From positions 30,269 to 94,268 of the forward strand of contig JBPOHW010000005.1 in the NCBI GenBank assembly GCA_052035095.1: DNA of 64,000 nt, read 5' to 3'. The notes beneath the pieces are model-generated. The model did no database searches. It was not told the origin of the DNA and saw only the letters and a program-made list of their open reading frames with translations. Below are positions 56,414 through 64,000 of the stretch, piece by piece (within the stretch, counting starts at the first letter, position 1; each line of letters begins with the position of its first letter). This DNA comes from Candidatus Moraniibacteriota bacterium. Lineage in GTDB: Bacteria; Patescibacteriota; Minisyncoccia; Moranbacterales; UBA1568. A program made the translations under genes and the position numbers.

Positions 56414-58726
56414 TCAAGGTTTCTCGGAAAAAAGAAGCCCAACGAAACGGTCGAATACCAGATCGGTTTTCAGACACCGTCCACCGTCACACGGTATCAG
56501 ATTCTCGTCCGATTGCCAAACAGAACGGAAGCGATCCGGAAACGACACACGCAAGGACAGCGCGCTCCCTCGCGATCCGGATTGCTTCTGAAAAACCATC
56601 GAATACGCATCGAGGGAATTTTCAAAACTTCCGGGATCCACGCGGAACGGGAGAAGATACGTATAGGTCACCGTCACCGTTTCTCCGGGACTCACATAGA
56701 CCCAGTTTCCAAAGACCGTTTTGCCTGAATCTTCGGAAATGCGCGTTCCGGAAGTGGGATCAATACGCGTTCCATTTTCCTCGCGCGCGACATCGGGATC
56801 TCGAGAAAATCGAAGCGCCGAATAATCAAGTGGCGGCAAAACCGTTTCCCGCGTGTGCCCGTCGGCCGACAAGAGAACCGATCCGAGCGGTACATACACC
56901 CGCATATAGTCGGCATTCACCTTGTCCCACCACTCTCGTCCCGTGTTTCCCCCGCGATGCGTCCGCTGTATCACGATCGTATCAATGATACTGCCATCAC
57001 CCTGAATATCCGCTCGGTGGGTAATCGCTTCATCGAGAATGCCGTCCGTTTTGTATCCGTTAATATTCGAATGAATGACACTCGCGTAATCGCGACTCGC
57101 GAAAAGCACCTCCCCCGACCAGCCGACATCGGAAATAAGGCGTTGCATATCGGCATTTCGCGAATAAAACAGGATGTGCTTCTCGGAAAGTCCCGACTCG
57201 ATCGAGGCAAGCGCTTTCCCGAAGGCTCCGGGCGGCGCCTCCTCGCCAAAAACGCGTTCAAGCACTATCGGCGCCAAGTCGGAGAGAATTTGCTTGGGTT
57301 TGTTTTCTTTTTTGTCATACGCCACCTCGACTTGATACTGTATGGTTTCCAGAAAATTCTGCTCGTCAACAGTCGCTCCGTATTTTTCCATCGCGATGGG
57401 TCCCGTAATCGAAAGAAATCGCTTCAACACTTCCGGCGTAAAAGCAATGACGCCATCAACCGTCGGACCGCCGGTCTTCTCATAGAAGTGAATCGCCTTC
57501 TCGGCAGAGAGAGGAAAATCCGGAAACCAATTGCTGTCATGAAGGCTCCACCCCGCGCTAATTTTTTGAATGGGAAGCGGTGGAACGATATCCTCGTGAA
57601 TCTGCCCGTCGGGATTAAAGATGCCGTCCACAAAAAATTTCCGCACACGTCCGTTATTCACATCAAGGAAAGCATAGCTTCCGATAAAACCGCCGGTCGC
57701 CCGCAACTCTTGATTGTTTTGAAAGAGGAAGAGAAATTTTCTCGAACCGTTTCCGCCCAACATATCCGAAAAAATATCGCCATGCTCGAGAAAAAGCCGT
57801 AAACCCGAAATCGCTTCCGGCAAAGCTGTTTTGAGCTGAAGAAATTTGGCACGCTTGTCTTCGGGAAGATCGGAAACCGCTACTTTTCCGAGATTCCCCG
57901 CCGCCAAGGAAAGGAGTCGCTCGGCTTCCGCCGCGTCGGCGCGCACCGATCGAAACACATCAAGAAACGAAATATTTTCGCCGTTTTCCAGAGGATTCCC
58001 CAGCGAAGCGATACGGCTTCCGATTCTCGAAAATATTTCACCCGCGATCGCGATATCGGACGCCGCGTCAAGGAGATATTTCCCCGAAGAAAGTCGGGAG
58101 ACGAACGGGATGAACTGCGCCACATCGAACATTGATTCATTCCATCCGTCAAAAAAATCGGAAGCGGTCGAAAATGAAACGGAAGCTTCTCGAAAGAGGC
58201 GTCCGGACGATTCGAAATCTCGCCGCTTCGCTTCCTCAATCGCCTGAGAAATTTCTCCATATCCTTCGGTACTCGCGCCAAGCACTCGCGCTTTCATATC
58301 CATTCCTTTTTCAAAAAGCCGAACGCCAAACCACGCGGATCCGAGCAAGAAAAAAGCGAGCGCGATCGCCACCCCGTAACGTTTCCCGTTTCCCTCTTCC
58401 GAAAAAAACGAACACCGAGAAGCGAGTGCAAACCACCAGGAAGCCAAACGATCTCGAAAAGAAGTTTGTAAAAACACCGAGCGATCCGAAATCGAATCGC
58501 GCGAAACATCTGTCACAAGTTCAGGGTGTTCTTCTTTCTCGGGTTCAAATGAAGAAATGGGAGAGAAAGAGGCGATCGGTGAAAAAGTCTTTTGCTCCTC
58601 TTGAGGCGACTTTGGTTTCGAAGCATCGGAAAACTCGGGCGGCAAACTCACTCTTTTTCGCACCGAACGAATATCCGTCATCCGACGGATCGGTTTCTTT
58701 TGAAAAGAAGTCGGGGAAGCGCGCAT
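56414..58726 (-). CDS. DUF4012 domain protein
   Basis: LFQNNQELRATGGFIGS, DSNWFPDFP.SA, VDGVIA, QKQSG. Confidence 0.85.
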   Translation of the reverse strand: MRASPTSFQKKPIRRMTDIRSVRKRVSLPPEFSDASKPKSPQEEQKTFSPIASFSPISSFEPEKEEHPELVTDVSRDSISDRSVFLQTSFRDRLASWWFALASRCSFFSEEGNGKRYGVAIALAFFLLGSAWFGVRLFEKGMDMKARVLGASTEGYGEISQAIEEAKRRDFESSGRLFREASVSFSTASDFFDGWNESMFDVAQFIPFVSRLSSGKYLLDAASDIAIAGEIFSRIGSRIASLGNPLENGENISFLDVFRSVRADAAEAERLLSLAAGNLGKVAVSDLPEDKRAKFLQLKTALPEAISGLRLFLEHGDIFSDMLGGNGSRKFLFLFQNNQELRATGGFIGSYAFLDVNNGRVRKFFVDGIFNPDGQIHEDIVPPLPIQKISAGWSLHDSNWFPDFPLSAEKAIHFYEKTGGPTVDGVIAFTPEVLKRFLSITGPIAMEKYGATVDEQNFLETIQYQVEVAYDKKENKPKQILSDLAPIVLERVFGEEAPPGAFGKALASIESGLSEKHILFYSRNADMQRLISDVGWSGEVLFASRDYASVIHSNINGYKTDGILDEAITHRADIQGDGSIIDTIVIQRTHRGGNTGREWWDKVNADYMRVYVPLGSVLLSADGHTRETVLPPLDYSALRFSRDPDVAREENGTRIDPTSGTRISEDSGKTVFGNWVYVSPGETVTVTYTYLLPFRVDPGSFENSLDAYSMVFQKQSGSRGSALSLRVSFPDRFRSVWQSDENLIPCDGGRCLKTDLVFDRFVGLLFSEKP

Positions 58727-58738
58727 GATATTGCCAAT

Positions 58739-59902
58739 TTATGATTTCATTCCGGCTTCGCGATATACATCAAGTGTTTTTTGTCCCATAACCTCCCAAG
58801 AAAAAGTCGAGGCACGCTCGTATCCCTTGTGACGAAAATGTTCCCGAAGCGACTCATCATTCCAGAGTGAGAGAAGTGCGTTTCGGAGCGCGCCAGGTCG
58901 AGCGGGATCAAAAAATAAGGCGGCATCGCCGAGCACCTCCGGAAATGCGGCGGACGAGGCGGCGAGAACCGGCGACCCCTTCGTCATCGCCTCAAGAGGC
59001 GGAAGCCCGAAGCCTTCGTAGAGCGACGGAAAAACCGAGAGACGCGCGTACCGATAGAGCGCATCGAGTTCCTCATCCGAAACGATACCCGCAAATATCA
59101 CGGACGAAAGTCCCTTCGATCGCGCGAATTTCGCCAAGCGTCGATAAAAATAGTCATCCCGACCAACCAAAACAATCCGCGCCTCACGATCCGGAAAATT
59201 CATAAATGCGAGAAGAAGCGCCTCGAGATTTTTGTGTGGATACGCGTTTCCCACATAGAGCGCGTACGGTCTTAGTATACCACGGGACGCCCTCGTCGAT
59301 TCGGAAATCGTCAAGCCGAGCCGCTGGAAAAGTTCAGCTCTTCGCGATCGCGGCAGCAGAAAACAAAACGGATGCGTCGCCTCGTACGTGACGGAAATTT
59401 TGTCGGCGGGAAGCACGTATCGGTTGAGAATATCGCGTTTGGTATATTCCGAAACCGTAATGACACGCTTGGAGCGTGAAAGCGCGTTTCGAATGACGAA
59501 GCGATACGCGAGAAATTTCAGCTTATAGAAAAAGGGGCTGAGGGTCGTCGCGCGAAGCGTCGGAAAACGCAAGAGTATGAGATCGTGCACCGTCACCACA
59601 AAAGGACGTCGATAGAAAATCGGCACATTGAAGTGCGGAAAATGTACGAGATCGCACCGTTCCCGAAAGAGCGTTCGAGGAAACAAAAATTGCTCCTCAA
59701 ATGAATACCATCGAAAATCCGCGAGCACCTTCCGAAATCGCGGATTCTTGGGTTCGTACTGATCGAAATTTTCCCGACGAAGGAATACGACATAGTCATT
59801 CTCCGTATCAAGCGCCTCAAGAGTTCGGATCAACTCCGTCGTATACCGCCCGAGCCCCTTCCCCAGCGGCCCATAAAACCGCGCGTCAATGCCGATGTTC
59901 AT
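58739..59902 (-). CDS. Glycosyltransferase family 4
   Basis: MNIGIDAR, VGNAYPHKN, PSLYEGFGLPPLEAM. Confidence 0.92.
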   Translation of the reverse strand: MNIGIDARFYGPLGKGLGRYTTELIRTLEALDTENDYVVFLRRENFDQYEPKNPRFRKVLADFRWYSFEEQFLFPRTLFRERCDLVHFPHFNVPIFYRRPFVVTVHDLILLRFPTLRATTLSPFFYKLKFLAYRFVIRNALSRSKRVITVSEYTKRDILNRYVLPADKISVTYEATHPFCFLLPRSRRAELFQRLGLTISESTRASRGILRPYALYVGNAYPHKNLEALLLAFMNFPDREARIVLVGRDDYFYRRLAKFARSKGLSSVIFAGIVSDEELDALYRYARLSVFPSLYEGFGLPPLEAMTKGSPVLAASSAAFPEVLGDAALFFDPARPGALRNALLSLWNDESLREHFRHKGYERASTFSWEVMGQKTLDVYREAGMKS

Positions 59903-59907
59903 AAAAT

Positions 59908-60612
59908 CTATTCCCCTTTCTTCCCTTCTTTTTTCTTGGCTTCGATGTGTTCCTGCTCGATCGAGTAGAGGAAGAGCGCTTGCGCGGCGAGCGCTTTGAA
60001 AATTTCCGGATCTTCGATAACACCGTTCTTTTTTCGAAGCACGATAAAGGCGAGGCATCCTTTCATTCGTTTCGAGGAACGAATGATGACATACTCCCCT
60101 TCACGTAACACCGTTTCGTTTCGCTTGGCAAGCTCGGAATATTTAAGTACCGGACATCGTTTTCCGCGAACATCGAATTTTTTGGCGACATTTCCCGAGC
60201 GAACATCCACGACGCACAAGAAAAACGTATCCGTTTTCCCGAGAAGCGAGAGCGCCTCCAGGATGGATTCATAGAGCTCCGTAAGTCGTTCCGGCGTGAC
60301 GGACGACGTCTCCGGAAGCCCCAGGGCGATATTTTTGACGATCTCCATTTTGCGATTGATTTCCGCGATATAGGAATACGAATCGGCGAGATCGCGGGAA
60401 ACTCGAGAAGCTTCTTTTTGGATTTTCACTTTTTCGCGAAGCTGGAAACGAAGCTGATTCTCTTTCCACAAATAAATCAGCAATCCAATCGCCCCCACGA
60501 AGAAAATAAGGATGGATTCTTGATCATCCTCCAAAAGAAAGAGTCGGTCGCCGCTCACAACTTTCGGTATGATGACAATAAGAACAAAAAGAGAAAGGTA
60601 GATCCAGTACAT
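59908..60612 (-). CDS. Hypothetical membrane protein (2 TM, coiled coil, possible GAF-like domain)
   Basis: 234-aa ORF in an operon with the GT4. Confidence 0.7.
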   Translation of the reverse strand: MYWIYLSLFVLIVIIPKVVSGDRLFLLEDDQESILIFFVGAIGLLIYLWKENQLRFQLREKVKIQKEASRVSRDLADSYSYIAEINRKMEIVKNIALGLPETSSVTPERLTELYESILEALSLLGKTDTFFLCVVDVRSGNVAKKFDVRGKRCPVLKYSELAKRNETVLREGEYVIIRSSKRMKGCLAFIVLRKKNGVIEDPEIFKALAAQALFLYSIEQEHIEAKKKEGKKGE

Positions 60613-60625
60613 GATTGATATAATT

Positions 60626-60773
60626 TAGGACTTACGCGTTTGAGTGCAGTTCGAGGAAAATGCGAGGAACGGAATGAATTGTTTGGGAAACAATTCATTG
60701 TATGCGCCATACAGTGTCCCCGCCGAGGCGGGGGAGCATTTGACGAAGAAATGCGCCAAACGCGTAAGTCCTA
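60626..60773. mobile_element. Palindromic MITE-like element family A
   Basis: Same 17-bp TIR as 36621; extra internal hairpin AATGAATTGTTT-ggg-AAACAATTCATT. Confidence 0.8.
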
Positions 60774-60777
60774 ATCG

Positions 60778-61656
60778 TTAAAGATCAAGTTTTTTTAAGT
60801 ATTCACGAAGACGCGATCCGGTTTCGGGATGCTTGAGACCGAAATGAACGGTTGTCTTGAGGAAGTTGAATTTATCGCCCGTATCGAACCACTCTCCTTC
60901 AAGAAGGCGCCCATGAATCGGCTTTCCCTCGCGGAGCATACGGTTAAAGGCGTCAACCAATCGTATCTCTCCCGATTCTCCTTCGGTCATCGTCGAAAGC
61001 GTCCGGAAGACATCGTACGTCAAAATATACTTTCCGGGCGCGACCACGGTACTCGGCGCCTCCTCAACGCTCGGCTTCTCCACGATGGCGCGAACGCGAA
61101 TATCGCGATCATTCAAGAAGTCTCCCGCGACCACGCCAAACTTTGACACTTCTTCGCGCGGAATATCCGTCAGTCCGATAATCGGTGTCTGATATTCATA
61201 GTATGCCTCCATAAGCTGGGCGGATGCCGGCGTCCCGCTGTCATAAATACAGTCGCCAAAAATAACAAGAACACTTTCATCATCGTCCACCAAATGCGAT
61301 GCCTGAAAAAGCGCGTGCCCATCTCCCAGAGGAATCGGTTGCCGGACATAGGAAAACTTCGCAAGCCCTGAAATCTTTTGCACCGCCTCGAGAAGATCGA
61401 GCTTGTTTTTCTCAACGAGCGTATCTTCAAGTTCATACGACACATCGAAATGATCTTCGATCGCGCGCTTGCCGCGCCCCGTCACGAAAATGATTTCCTC
61501 AATGCCGGACGCAATCGCCTCTTCAACCAAATACTGCACCACCGGCTTGTCAACGATCGGGAGCATCTCTTTCGGTTGCGCCTTCGTCGCCGGCAAAAAC
61601 CTCGTCCCAAACCCCGCGACCGGCAATATCGCCTTCTTGATTTTTGTGTGTTTCAT
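60778..61656 (-). CDS. galU: UTP--glucose-1-phosphate uridylyltransferase
   Basis: PVAGFGTRFLPATKAQPKEMLP, VEKP. Confidence 0.95.
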   Translation of the reverse strand: MKHTKIKKAILPVAGFGTRFLPATKAQPKEMLPIVDKPVVQYLVEEAIASGIEEIIFVTGRGKRAIEDHFDVSYELEDTLVEKNKLDLLEAVQKISGLAKFSYVRQPIPLGDGHALFQASHLVDDDESVLVIFGDCIYDSGTPASAQLMEAYYEYQTPIIGLTDIPREEVSKFGVVAGDFLNDRDIRVRAIVEKPSVEEAPSTVVAPGKYILTYDVFRTLSTMTEGESGEIRLVDAFNRMLREGKPIHGRLLEGEWFDTGDKFNFLKTTVHFGLKHPETGSRLREYLKKLDL

Positions 61657-61681
61657 AAGTTTTCTCTTGCAAAATCAAGAT

Positions 61682-61930
61682 TTACAAAATCCCAGAAACA
61701 ATGAAAAAAATAGCCACGAAAAATAATAGCACCGAGATAGAAACTCTATATCTTCTTTTATCAATATCACCGTAGAAGGAATCAGAAAAAAACACACTCC
61801 ACCAAAATCCACCACCAAGAAAAAATTTCTTCACTCTCGCCCAAAATGATTGAGACAGAAAGAAAAGTAGCAATGAGAAAAAACAAAGAGATCCTCCGAT
61901 AACCAACGAAACAATCTTAAAACTATTCAT
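61682..61930 (-). CDS. Small hypothetical membrane protein
   Basis: 82 aa, two hydrophobic segments, AT-rich. Confidence 0.5.
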   Translation of the reverse strand: MNSFKIVSLVIGGSLCFFSLLLFFLSQSFWARVKKFFLGGGFWWSVFFSDSFYGDIDKRRYRVSISVLLFFVAIFFIVSGIL

Positions 61931-61963
61931 ATAATTTCATAATTCAAAGAAAGATTACCGCAC

Positions 61964-63208
61964 TTATCGATACAAGGGAAACTTCTTACAGAGTGCCGAC
62001 ACTTCTTTGCGAAGTGACTTCAAAATTTTTGCGTCGCCTTTTGAGCGGAGCGTCGCGTCCATCCACCCGGCGATTTTCTTCACTTCTTTTTCCTTCATAC
62101 CGCGCGTCGTAAGCGCGGGAACGCCGATACGGATGCCGGAGGGATCCATGGGACTGCGCGCGTCATCGGGAATGACGTTCTTGTTGAGCGTGATACCGAT
62201 TGCGTCGAGGAGCGTTTCCGCCTCTTTCCCGCCGATACCGAGCGTCCCGAAAACATCCACCAAAATCATATGATTGTCCGTTCCGCCGAAAAGAATCGCG
62301 TACCCGCGGCTCCGGAACTCCCCCTCGAGCATCCGCGCGTTTTTCAAAATTTGCGCCGCGTATTTTTTGAACGGAGGTCGAAGCGCCTCCTGAAACGCCA
62401 CCGCTTTCGCCGCGATGATATTCATATGGGGTCCTCCTTGTATTCCAGGGAACACCGCTTTGTCAATGTCCTTCGCAAACTTTTCGCGACACAGGATCAT
62501 CCCGCCTCGAGGACCGCGCAGCGTCTTGTGTGTCGTCGTTGTCACGACATCAAAGTACTCGACCGGGTTGGGCACGACGCCGCCCGCGACAAGCCCCGCG
62601 ATATGCGCCATATCCATCATCGTGATCGCGCCCACCTTCTTCCCGATCGCAGTGAATTTTTTGTAATCGATCTGACGCGTGTACGAAGAAAATCCCGCAA
62701 GCAACAATTTCGGCTTTTCTTTCTGCGCGAGCGAGAGCAATTTCGCGTAATCAATAGTTCCGTCCGCTTCCGTCTTGTACCGGACGAATCGGAACACCTT
62801 TGAAGAGAACGTCACCGGATGTCCGTGCGTCAAGTGCCCTCCGTGTGAAAGATCCATCCCGAGTATCGTATCCCCGGGCGCGAGGAGCGCCGCGTAGGCG
62901 GACATATTCGCCGAGGCGCCCGAAAGCAACTGAACATTCGCGTGTTCCGCCCCGAAGAGTTTCTTCGCTCGCTCGATCGCGAGCGTCTCCACGATATCGG
63001 TAAACTGTTGCCCGCCATAGTAGCGACGCCCCGGATACCCCTCGGAATACTTGTTGGTAAAAACCGTCCCCAAGGCCTCAATAACCGCGGGAGAAGCGTA
63101 GTTTTCCGACGCAATCATTTCAAGTCCTTCCTCCTGTCGATTCATCTCCCCCATTATCGCCGCCATCACCTTCCCATCCGTCTTTTTGACCGCCGCATAT
63201 CGAAACAT
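61964..63208 (-). CDS. glyA: Serine hydroxymethyltransferase
   Basis: IASEN, NKYSEGYPGRRYYGG, GGHLTHG, TTTTHKTLRGPRGG. Confidence 0.97.
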   Translation of the reverse strand: MFRYAAVKKTDGKVMAAIMGEMNRQEEGLEMIASENYASPAVIEALGTVFTNKYSEGYPGRRYYGGQQFTDIVETLAIERAKKLFGAEHANVQLLSGASANMSAYAALLAPGDTILGMDLSHGGHLTHGHPVTFSSKVFRFVRYKTEADGTIDYAKLLSLAQKEKPKLLLAGFSSYTRQIDYKKFTAIGKKVGAITMMDMAHIAGLVAGGVVPNPVEYFDVVTTTTHKTLRGPRGGMILCREKFAKDIDKAVFPGIQGGPHMNIIAAKAVAFQEALRPPFKKYAAQILKNARMLEGEFRSRGYAILFGGTDNHMILVDVFGTLGIGGKEAETLLDAIGITLNKNVIPDDARSPMDPSGIRIGVPALTTRGMKEKEVKKIAGWMDATLRSKGDAKILKSLRKEVSALCKKFPLYR

Positions 63209-63367
63209 AGTCTCTGTGTCTCAAAGGTTACGCGTGTCCCCAGAGTATACCAAAGTGTCCAGAAAAATCCAGGATATGTATGCGTTCACCAATATTTCCA
63301 TTCCCTCATCAAAAAAAATGAAAAAACCCATCACCTTTCGGAAATGGGCATAACACAGAATAAAATT

Positions 63368-63625
63368 TCACCGACACCGACGATTGAGAATACTGTTCGC
63401 TCTCGCCCAGTGATCCGTTGGATATCCCTTCCTCTCGAGACCAAGGAGGCGGAGGAAGCATCTCGCATATTCCTTGGGATACTCCTCGCGGCAAATCGTA
63501 AGACCGCGGCAGAATTCTTCAATCGCCATACGCATCCCTCCCGTATTCATAAAAGGAATGGCGACAAAGAACATGTCAAGACATCCATTTATCACAAGGC
63601 GATGACCTACAGAGAGCGTGTTCAT
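63368..63625 (-). CDS. Possible small hypothetical protein
   Basis: 85-aa ORF with GAGGA upstream; no family recognised. Confidence 0.35.
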   Translation of the reverse strand: MNTLSVGHRLVINGCLDMFFVAIPFMNTGGMRMAIEEFCRGLTICREEYPKEYARCFLRLLGLERKGYPTDHWARANSILNRRCR

Positions 63626-63778
63626 ATCGAATTCCTCGCCCGTTTTCGGGCTTTGAAACTTCGGGTTTCCCTTGTTAAAAAACGAGTTCCCTCTCCGCTA
63701 GGAATCTAACAAAAAACAGGGAAAGAATCAATATTCTTTCCCTGCCCTCTTGCAGTTGAAATTCTCGAACGAAGGGCG

Positions 63779-64000
63779 CTACTCCACAATCCCGTCCAGG
63801 TTCACATCGTAGAGAATCGCCTCCTGAATGTGCCGGTATGACAAAAGCTCACTCGGTGAAAACCAAATCGGAATCTCTTTCTCGGCTTCCGAGGGCTCGC
63901 CCGAAGCATGGATGAGGTTCCTGATAGAGCGGCTATCGGCATCGGCAAGACCGTAGGAATCAATCGTGAAGTCCCCACGAATCGTCCCGACATCGCTCCC
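63779..64000 (-). CDS. ndk: Nucleoside diphosphate kinase, 3' part
   Basis: Manual translation: GTIRGDF...RNLIHASG..EAEKEI.IWF; hairpin at 63716-63744 downstream. Confidence 0.9.
   Translation of the reverse strand, partial: GSDVGTIRGDFTIDSYGLADADSRSIRNLIHASGEPSEAEKEIPIWFSPSELLSYRHIQEAILYDVNLDGIVE

Overview
Bacterial chromosome segment with almost all genes on the minus strand. The gene content looks like Patescibacteria/CPR (Parcubacteria-like); this is an inference from the protein families present (DUF4012, archaeal-type AspRS, several GT4s, a short dcw cluster). The housekeeping backbone has mraZ-rsmH-ftsL-ftsI-murF, pepA, lysS, greA, mrdA, dcd-thyA-folA, ctpA, LCP, mreBCD, aspS, mltG, trxA, lepA, murJ, galU, glyA, ndk, tRNA-Ser(GCT) and tRNA-Arg(CCG). 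The standout is an AT-richer operon at about 39.5-45.9 kb. It encodes a glutamyl-tRNA-reductase (HemA)-like domain with a remodelled active site, fused to an anticodon-less aspartyl-tRNA-synthetase catalytic domain. This gene is translationally coupled to a second full AspRS and followed by a HIT hydrolase and an EamA exporter, with a PurD-like ATP-grasp ligase upstream. It is a candidate aspartyl-tRNA/adenylate reductase and a possible aaRS-derived metabolite cluster. Other notable items: an unannotated 40-aa, 11-Cys metallothionein-like ORF behind a csoR locus; a DUF559 nuclease flanked by REPIN-like palindromes that also bracket a frameshifted ABC transporter; two families of 115-150 bp covarying palindromic elements; and heptamer repeat arrays inserted in-frame into lepA and an O-antigen-ligase-like gene. 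All calls come from motif recognition by eye; no searches were run.
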